A DNA stretch of 33,547 nt from sequence record DRR723986_1335; one strand, written 5' to 3'. How positions within the stretch are numbered: the stretch's first letter is position 1; every line of letters begins with the position of its first letter. The position numbers were made by a program, and so were the translations under genes. Below, one piece after another: positions 26,894-33,547 of this stretch. The notes beneath the pieces are model-generated. The model saw only the letters and a list, made by a program, of their open reading frames with translations, was not told the DNA's origin and did not search any database.

Positions 26894-27658
26894 ATGGCAA
26901 GAGCATCATTTGAAGAATTATTAGAAGCAGGTGTACATTTTGGTCACCTAAAAAGAAAATGGAATCCGTATATGTCTCCGTATATCTTTACAGAGAAAAA
27001 AGGAATCCACATTATCGATTTAAATAAAACTGCAGTTCAATTAGAACAAGCTTGTGCTGCAATGAAACAAATCGCTAAATCAGGAAAGAAAATCTTATTC
27101 GTAGCTACTAAAAAGCAAGCGAAAGATATTTTAGAAGAAAGAATCAAGCCAACTAGAATGCCTTTCATTACTGAAAGATGGTCTGGTGGGATGTTAACGA
27201 ACTTCGGAACAATCAGAAAAGCAATCCGTAAAATGAATTCTATCGATAAGATGGAAGAAGACGGAACAATGAAGACCCTATCTAAAAGAGAGCGTCTACA
27301 AATGTCAAGAACTAGAGCTAAATTAGACAAGAACTACGGTTCAATTGCTGAAATGACTAGAGTTCCTGCGGCAGTTTTTGTAATTGATGTTTTAAAAGAA
27401 CACATTGCAGTTGCTGAAGCAAATAAATTAGGTATCCCAACTTTCGCAATGGTGGATACTAATTCAGATCCTAGAAATATTGATTTCGTTATTCCATCAA
27501 ATGATGATGCAACAAAATCAATCGCTAAAATTTTAGATCATATTTCTGCTGCAATTTTAGAAGGATTAGAAGAAAGAAAAAATTCAAAGGATAAAGTGAA
27601 AGCTGATAAAGAAGGAGCGAAAGAAGAAGCGCCTGCTAAAAAAGAAGCTGAAGCATAA
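26894..27658 (+). CDS. rpsB: 30S ribosomal protein S2
   Basis: LLEAGVHFGH, RWSGGMLTNF and VDTNSDP...IPSNDDA. Confidence 0.99.
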   Translation: MARASFEELLEAGVHFGHLKRKWNPYMSPYIFTEKKGIHIIDLNKTAVQLEQACAAMKQIAKSGKKILFVATKKQAKDILEERIKPTRMPFITERWSGGMLTNFGTIRKAIRKMNSIDKMEEDGTMKTLSKRERLQMSRTRAKLDKNYGSIAEMTRVPAAVFVIDVLKEHIAVAEANKLGIPTFAMVDTNSDPRNIDFVIPSNDDATKSIAKILDHISAAILEGLEERKNSKDKVKADKEGAKEEAPAKKEAEA

Positions 27659-27671
27659 TAAATTTTTAAGA

Positions 27672-28649
27672 ATGAGTACTACAGTAAAAGTTACAGCCGC
27701 TGACGTTAACAAGTTAAGACAAGCGACTGGTGCAGGGATGATGGACTGCAAAAAAGCATTAGTAGAAGCAGAAGGAGATTTTGATAAAGCAATTGATGTA
27801 CTTCGTAAAAAAGGTCAAAGAGTAGCTGAAAAGAGAGCTGACCGTGATTCAAGCGAAGGTGCAGCAGTATCTAAAATCAATGATGATCAAACAGTTGGTG
27901 TAACAATCGTTTTAGGTTGTGAAACTGATTTTGTTGGAAAAAACGAAAGCTTTTTAGCGTTAGCAAATCAATTTGCTGATATCGCAATCAACTATGATAA
28001 TAAAGAAGATTTCTTAGCTGCTGATTTCGGTGGAATGACTGTTGCTGAAAAATTAGTTGAGCAAACTGGTGTAATCGGTGAGAAGTTAGAGATCAAAGCT
28101 TTTGAAAAATTGGAAGCTCCTTACGTAGGAACATATGTACACATTAACAAAATTGGAGCCTTAGTTGGTTTGAATAAAAAAGTTGATGGTGCTGCGGAAA
28201 TTGCAAAAGATGTTTCAATGCAGGTTGCATCTATGGGAGCTACTCAGTTATCATATAAAGATTTTACTGCTGATTATGTTGCTTCAGAAACTGAAGCCAG
28301 AATTGCAGTTATCGAAAAAGAAAATATCGAATTAGGAAGATTAGGAAAAACATTGAAAAATGTACCTAAATATATTTCTAGACATCAATTAACTCCAGAA
28401 GTTATGGCGCAAGCTGAGACTGAAGCTAAAGAACAACTGGCAGCTGAAGGTAAGCCTGAGCAAATTTGGGATAAAATCTTACCAGGAAAAATTGATAGAT
28501 TTATTTCTGACAACACAACATTAGACCAAGAGAAATGTTTATTGGATCAAAAGTTCATTAAAGACGAAAAAATGACTGTTGAGGAATATGTGTCTTCGAA
28601 AGGGGATGGATTGGAAGTGACAGCGTTTAAGCGCGTTTCTTTAGGTTAA
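27672..28649 (+). CDS. tsf: Translation elongation factor Ts
   Basis: LRQATGAGMMDCKKAL, ETDFV and GKPEQIWDKILPGK. Confidence 0.98.
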   Translation: MSTTVKVTAADVNKLRQATGAGMMDCKKALVEAEGDFDKAIDVLRKKGQRVAEKRADRDSSEGAAVSKINDDQTVGVTIVLGCETDFVGKNESFLALANQFADIAINYDNKEDFLAADFGGMTVAEKLVEQTGVIGEKLEIKAFEKLEAPYVGTYVHINKIGALVGLNKKVDGAAEIAKDVSMQVASMGATQLSYKDFTADYVASETEARIAVIEKENIELGRLGKTLKNVPKYISRHQLTPEVMAQAETEAKEQLAAEGKPEQIWDKILPGKIDRFISDNTTLDQEKCLLDQKFIKDEKMTVEEYVSSKGDGLEVTAFKRVSLG

Positions 28650-29414
<765 letters not shown>

Positions 29415-29428
29415 AATTCGAAATTAAA

Positions 29429-29992
29429 ATGGAAGAAGAAATCCAAATGTTACTGGACGAAGCAAATGATGCAAACAAAAAATCATTTGAGCATTTAAAA
29501 AATGAATTAGAAAAAATTAGAGCAGGAAGAGCAACTCCGTCTATGTTAGACAGTGTGCAAGTTGAGGCTTACGGGGCTTTAGGTCCATTGAATCAAGTTG
29601 CGAACGTAAACACGCTTGATGCTCGTACTATTACGGTACAACCTTGGGATAAGGCCAATTTAGATGCCATTTCCACAGGAATAATCAACGCAAACATTGG
29701 TCTTAACCCTCAAAATAATGGGGAGATGATCATTATCAATGTTCCTGCCTTAACTGAGGAACGTAGGATTGAACTCGTTAAAAAAGCGAAGGCAGAAGGT
29801 GAGCACGCTAAAGTTTCAGTTAGAAATAACAGAAGAGAGGCAATGGATTTTATCAAAAAATTAAAAGATGATGGCCTTTCTGAAGATCAACAAAAAGATC
29901 TTGAAGGTGAAGTGCAAACAATCACTGATGCTGCGATTAAAAAAATTGACGATTTAATCGTTGTCAAAGAAGCTGATATCTTAAAAGTATAA
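29429..29992 (+). CDS. frr: Ribosome recycling factor
   Basis: IRAGRATP, GLNPQNNG, PALTEERR and VSVRNNRR. Confidence 0.98.
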   Translation: MEEEIQMLLDEANDANKKSFEHLKNELEKIRAGRATPSMLDSVQVEAYGALGPLNQVANVNTLDARTITVQPWDKANLDAISTGIINANIGLNPQNNGEMIIINVPALTEERRIELVKKAKAEGEHAKVSVRNNRREAMDFIKKLKDDGLSEDQQKDLEGEVQTITDAAIKKIDDLIVVKEADILKV

Positions 29993-30024
29993 TCTCGATA
30001 CTTTTTATTTTTTACATAATACGT

Positions 30025-30050
30025 AGAGGGCCTTATTTGGTCCTCTTTTT
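30025..30050 (+). terminator. Intrinsic terminator after frr
   Basis: AGAGGGCC-TTATTT-GGTCCTCT followed by TTTT. Confidence 0.75.
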
Positions 30051-30081
30051 AGTTTATGAATGGATAGAAGTTCAGGTTTTT

Positions 30082-30138
30082 GTCAGTTCGAGTTGGCACG
30101 AAGTGCAAGTATCGAGCCTGCCTTCCGCATGCAGGAAC
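30082..30138. repeat. REP-like palindromic element with a nested CCTGC...GCAGG palindrome
   Basis: GTCAGTTCGAGT-[TGGCAC GAA GTGCAA]-GTATCGAG-[CCTGCCTTCCGCATGCAGG]-AAC. Only one full copy is in the window; resemblance to Bacteroidota intergenic repeats is from memory. Confidence 0.5.
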
Positions 30139-30194
30139 AAAAAAACCTGAAAAGAGCTTACTGATAGTCGTGGTAGCATATCTCTTTTCAGGTT
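30139..30194 (-). terminator. Long-loop terminator hairpin downstream of the response regulator
   Basis: Perfect 13 bp AACCTGAAAAGAG / CTCTTTTCAGGTT stem; on the minus strand its 3' arm runs into a T7 tract. Confidence 0.7.
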
Positions 30195-30285
30195 ACCGTG
30201 CAAGGAAATTAAAACCAGAAGCAATTTAAAACCGCTTTCTATTAATTAAGACGTGATTGATTTTTAAAAGGTTGGCAGAAATAGT

Positions 30286-30960
30286 CTATTTTATTTCAAA
30301 CTTGTAGCCAACTCCTCTCAAACTCTTGAAGAATTCAGGGTTTCTGGGGTCTTTCTCAAAATACTTTCTAAAGCTTAAAATGTAGTTGTCGATCGTTCTA
30401 GTAGTCGGGAAATTATCTTTTCCCCAAACTTTATCCAAGATTTCGTTTCTCGAAACAACTTCATTTTGTCTCGAAATCAACAACTTCAATAATTCCATTT
30501 CTCTTTTAGAAATGACTTCCTTCCCATTATTTCCAACAATTTCATAAGTTTTGAAGTTGATCTCGTTTGAGCCAAACGAAAAATGGTCTATTTCTCCATC
30601 ATGTTGATTGCGGTTAATGAGGATTCCTATTCTCAATAGCAGCTCCTCTAAATTAAAAGGTTTAACCAAATAATCGTCCGCTCCTAATTTTAGCCCTGTG
30701 ATTCTGTCAGTTGATGTGCCTTTTGCAGAGGTGAAAATGATGGGTACTTGGCTGGTTTGTCTGATTTTTTCACAAACATCAAACCCACTCAATTTTGGTA
30801 ACATGACATCTAGAATAACCAGATCAAACGAATCTTTGAATTTTCTAAGCGCTTCTTCACCGTCTCTTGCCACCGTAACAGCATAGTTTTCAATTTCTAG
30901 ATTGAGTTCTAAAACATTGATTAGGCTTTCTTCATCTTCTACTAAGAGAATTTTCTTCAT
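30286..30960 (-). CDS. OmpR/PhoB-family response regulator (no cognate kinase in window)
   Basis: ILLVEDE, LDVMLP, GADDYLVKPF and winged helix (RTIDNYI...RGVGYKF). Confidence 0.95.
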   Translation of the reverse strand: MKKILLVEDEESLINVLELNLEIENYAVTVARDGEEALRKFKDSFDLVILDVMLPKLSGFDVCEKIRQTSQVPIIFTSAKGTSTDRITGLKLGADDYLVKPFNLEELLLRIGILINRNQHDGEIDHFSFGSNEINFKTYEIVGNNGKEVISKREMELLKLLISRQNEVVSRNEILDKVWGKDNFPTTRTIDNYILSFRKYFEKDPRNPEFFKSLRGVGYKFEIK

Positions 30961-30979
30961 TTATTCTGAGCTTAGACTG

Positions 30980-30987
30980 CAAAAGTA
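30980..30987 (-). promoter_or_regulatory. -7 promoter element for the response regulator
   Basis: Minus-strand TACTTTTG(CA), about 20 nt upstream of the ATG, in a 44 nt region divergent from folK. Confidence 0.65.
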
Positions 30988-31004
30988 CTAATTTTAGCAA
31001 GTAA

Positions 31005-31484
31005 ATGAGAACAGAATTGAATCTTGTAATTTTAAGTTTTGGTGCAAATTTAGAGGATCCGCAATTGCAGATAGAAAGGGCGTATGAACTTGTAGAATCT
31101 CAGGTCGGTCACATTCTGAAACGTTCATCTTTTTATCAAACAGAGGCTTGGGGTTTCAAGTCAGAATCAAAATTTGTTAATACAGTAATATTGATTGAAT
31201 CTAAATTAGACTTAGAACCTTTACTTAACGCGTGTAAAAAAATCGAGAAAGTCTTGGGTCGTAAGCCTAAAACAATTTCTGGTTATGAATCTAGACTGAT
31301 TGATATTGATATTGTTGATTTTTCAGGAGTAACCTATAGTTCTGAAAATCTGATTGTTCCACATGAGTTTATGCATGAGAGGTCATTTGTTTTGGAACCA
31401 CTGAACGAAATTTTACCAAACTGGAAACACCCAATTTTGAATAAGAATTGTCACGACTTACTAGACGAAATTTCAAAAGTGTAA
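31005..31484 (+). CDS. folK: 2-amino-4-hydroxy-6-hydroxymethyldihydropteridine diphosphokinase
   Basis: LSFGANL, SSFYQTEAWG, RLIDIDI and VPHEFMHERSFVLEPLNEI. Confidence 0.95.
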   Translation: MRTELNLVILSFGANLEDPQLQIERAYELVESQVGHILKRSSFYQTEAWGFKSESKFVNTVILIESKLDLEPLLNACKKIEKVLGRKPKTISGYESRLIDIDIVDFSGVTYSSENLIVPHEFMHERSFVLEPLNEILPNWKHPILNKNCHDLLDEISKV

Positions 31485-31630
31485 GAACAATAAGAATGTG
31501 CTCGTTCAATTGAGCTTGACGTATTTTTACTTAAAATTCCAACTCTATTTTTTAGGCTCAAAAAAAATACTTATAATTGCACTGTTTTAGGTTATATTAA
31601 ATAATAAAAAGATTTTTAAAATCAGATAGA

Positions 31631-33328
31631 ATGAAAAAGCAAAATTTCAAAAAATTAGGTGCAGTAGCGGTAGCAGCTATGGCCCTTACCGGTTGTAAGT
31701 TAATCGGAGATTTAGAGTACACGGTTACTCCAGATCCGGTTGAGATGCACGGAGATAGCGTTAAAGTTAGTATCGCAGTTAAAATTCCAGAAAAAGGACT
31801 TAACAAAAAAGCTACGGCAGAAATCACTCCGAAATTAGGGAATCAAACTTTTAAAACAGTTTATATTCAAGGAGAGAAAGCAACTGGTAATGGTCAGACA
31901 ATTCCTTTAAAGGCTGGAGGTACCGTAAATTATACAGATGTAATTGCTTATTCTGCTGATATGGAACACGCTGATTTAACAATTGGTGGTGTTGCAAAAA
32001 AAGGTAAAAAAGAAATAGAAATTGAAACGAAGAAAATCGCTGATGGTACTATCGTTACTCCATTATGGGTTCAAAATGATGACAAAGCGTTAATCGGAGT
32101 TGATAATTTCGTGAGAACAACAGAAGAAACTTATTCTGGTGCTCAAATCAATTATAACAAAGGGAAATCTAACGTAAGTGCTGCTGAGTTAAAGCAGGAT
32201 GATATGAAAGAATTCATTACTTGGATGGCTGACGCACAAGTGAACCCGAAGAAAGCTCCTAAGAAAATCAACTTCAACGCATATGCGTCTCCTGAAGGTG
32301 AAATCGACATGAACGCTAATTTAGCTTCAGATAGAGCAAAATCAGGAAAAGAAGCTTGTATCAAGTTGTTAGAAAAAGCGAAATTCGAAGTTCCAGAAGG
32401 AGGAAGATTTTTTGCTGAGAACCCTAAAGGTGAAGACTGGGATGGATTCAAAGTAGCTGTTGAAAGCTCTGATCTTGAAGATAAAGACTTAATCTTAAGA
32501 ATTTTGACAATGTATTCTGACCTTAACAAAAGAGAAGAAGAAATTAGAAAAATGGCTAAGACTTATACGCAGTTAGAAAGAAAAGACATTTTACCTTCTT
32601 TAAGAAGATGTCAATTCGCTGTTATCTATGACAAAATAGGATGGTCTGATGAAGAGTTAAAAGAGCTTTCTAAAACTAAGCCTGATACATTAACTGTTGA
32701 AGAGTTATTATTCACTGCTGCTTTATATGAAGATTTAGGTGAAAAAATGAGATTATACAACTTAGTTGTTCAGTACTACCCAGAAGATTGGAGAGGACCT
32801 AACAATGTTGGATATGTTTACTACATGCAAAATGATTTAGCTAACGCTAAAACTAACTTTGAAAAAGCTAACGGAATGAACGAAAATCCTGTTACTTTGA
32901 ACAACTTAGGAATCATTGCTAGAATCAACGGAGATAGAGATAAAGCAACTGAGTTATTAAACTCTGCTGTATCTGCTGGTTCAGAAGTAAAATACAACTT
33001 AGGAATCATTGATATTCAAAATGGTGACTATGCTGAGGCTGCTGGAAACATGGGTTCTGAGAACACATTCAACAAAGCATTGGCTCAAGTATTAAACGGA
33101 GATTTAGCAACTGCATTAACTACAATTGATGCATCTCAAGATAAAGAATCTGCAATTGGATACTACTTGAAAGCGATTATCGGAGCACGTCAAAATAATC
33201 TTGACATGGTCGTTAATAACTTGAAGAGCGCATTTGCTAAAGATTCAAGCTTGAAAGCAAAAGCATCTAAAGACAGAGAGTTTATCAAATTCTTTGAAAA
33301 TGCTTCATTCCAAAATGTAGTGAAGTAA
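31631..33328 (+). CDS. Lipoprotein with OmpA-like domain and C-terminal TPR repeats
   Basis: Lipobox LTG|C; OmpA-like AYASPEG...NANLASDRA; GEDWDGF; TPRs (NNVGYVYYMQNDLANAKTNFEKA). Confidence 0.82.
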   Translation: MKKQNFKKLGAVAVAAMALTGCKLIGDLEYTVTPDPVEMHGDSVKVSIAVKIPEKGLNKKATAEITPKLGNQTFKTVYIQGEKATGNGQTIPLKAGGTVNYTDVIAYSADMEHADLTIGGVAKKGKKEIEIETKKIADGTIVTPLWVQNDDKALIGVDNFVRTTEETYSGAQINYNKGKSNVSAAELKQDDMKEFITWMADAQVNPKKAPKKINFNAYASPEGEIDMNANLASDRAKSGKEACIKLLEKAKFEVPEGGRFFAENPKGEDWDGFKVAVESSDLEDKDLILRILTMYSDLNKREEEIRKMAKTYTQLERKDILPSLRRCQFAVIYDKIGWSDEELKELSKTKPDTLTVEELLFTAALYEDLGEKMRLYNLVVQYYPEDWRGPNNVGYVYYMQNDLANAKTNFEKANGMNENPVTLNNLGIIARINGDRDKATELLNSAVSAGSEVKYNLGIIDIQNGDYAEAAGNMGSENTFNKALAQVLNGDLATALTTIDASQDKESAIGYYLKAIIGARQNNLDMVVNNLKSAFAKDSSLKAKASKDREFIKFFENASFQNVVK

Positions 33329-33350
33329 GAAAACATTCTATCTAAAATAT

Positions 33351-33385
33351 AAAAACCGCCTCGGCTTAGCCAAGGCGGTTTTTTT
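33351..33385 (+). terminator. Intrinsic terminator after the OmpA/TPR lipoprotein
   Basis: AAAAACCGCCT...AGGCGGTTTTTTT hairpin with T tract. Confidence 0.88.
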
Positions 33386-33419
33386 ATGTTTTGGTGTATG
33401 GCAACTCATAAAAAAATAC

Positions 33420-33427
33420 TAAATTTG
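33420..33427 (+). promoter_or_regulatory. -7 promoter element for tRNA-Leu
   Basis: TAAATTTG(CC), 17 nt upstream of the tRNA. Confidence 0.72.
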
Positions 33428-33444
33428 CCGACCCAATGTCAATT

Positions 33445-33525
33445 GCCTGAGTGGCGGAATTGGTAGACGCGCACGACTCAAACTCGTGTTCCTTTGGAGT
33501 GCCGGTTCGATCCCGGCCTCAGGTA
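33445..33525 (+). tRNA. tRNA-Leu (anticodon CAA)
   Basis: Acceptor GCCTGAG/CTCAGGT, D-arm TGGCGGAATTGGTAGACGC, anticodon arm CACGA-CTCAAAC-TCGTG, variable arm TTCC-TTT-GGAG, T-arm GCCGG-TTCGATC-CCGGC; CCA is not encoded. Confidence 0.96.
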
Positions 33526-33547
33526 CAAAGCCAGAACGAAAGTTCTG

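Noticed and set aside
27672-28649. EF-Ts is longer (325 aa) than the E. coli protein
   Set aside because: An extended EF-Ts is, to my knowledge, common in Bacteroidota; no intein or frameshift is visible.
33445-33547. tRNA-Leu as a possible integration site; CAGAAC-GAAA-GTTCTG hairpin at the window edge
   Set aside because: No integrase or duplicated tRNA 3' end is in the window; the hairpin is probably the truncated tRNA terminator and cannot be assessed further.

Overview
An AT-rich chromosomal segment from a Bacteroidota genome, most like Flavobacteriales. The evidence is TAnnTTTG promoters, AT-rich leaders without Shine-Dalgarno motifs, a T9SS C-terminal sorting domain and the rplM-rpsI-rpsB-tsf-pyrH-frr order. 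Most of it is core genome: cyoE and two cytochrome oxidase subunit III-like genes, an envelope-glycan cluster (deoC-cysQ-gmd-fcl, then two RemB/Wzi-like outer-membrane proteins flanking a WecA/MraY-like transferase), tonB-VanZ-gcvH, prfB, panD, a flippase-like protein, heptose-1-P adenylyltransferase, a MazG-like protein, a T9SS cargo protein, an AddB-like nuclease, bcp, recA, a TPR lipoprotein, purF, the translation cluster, an orphan response regulator, folK, an OmpA/TPR lipoprotein and tRNA-Leu(CAA). I found no CRISPR array, prophage, transposase or defence island. The most notable items are: (1) a subunit III-like protein carrying a ~165 aa insert made of three ~55-58 aa repeats; (2) prfB with no programmed +1 frameshift; (3) a structured frr/response-regulator intergenic region with a nested REP-like element and a possible orphan sRNA or attenuator; (4) a GDP-fucose/WecA/double-Wzi cluster alongside exported proteins rich in O-glycosylation sequons; (5) a multi-stem RNA between rpsI and rpsB. 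All family calls come from motif recognition, not database searches.
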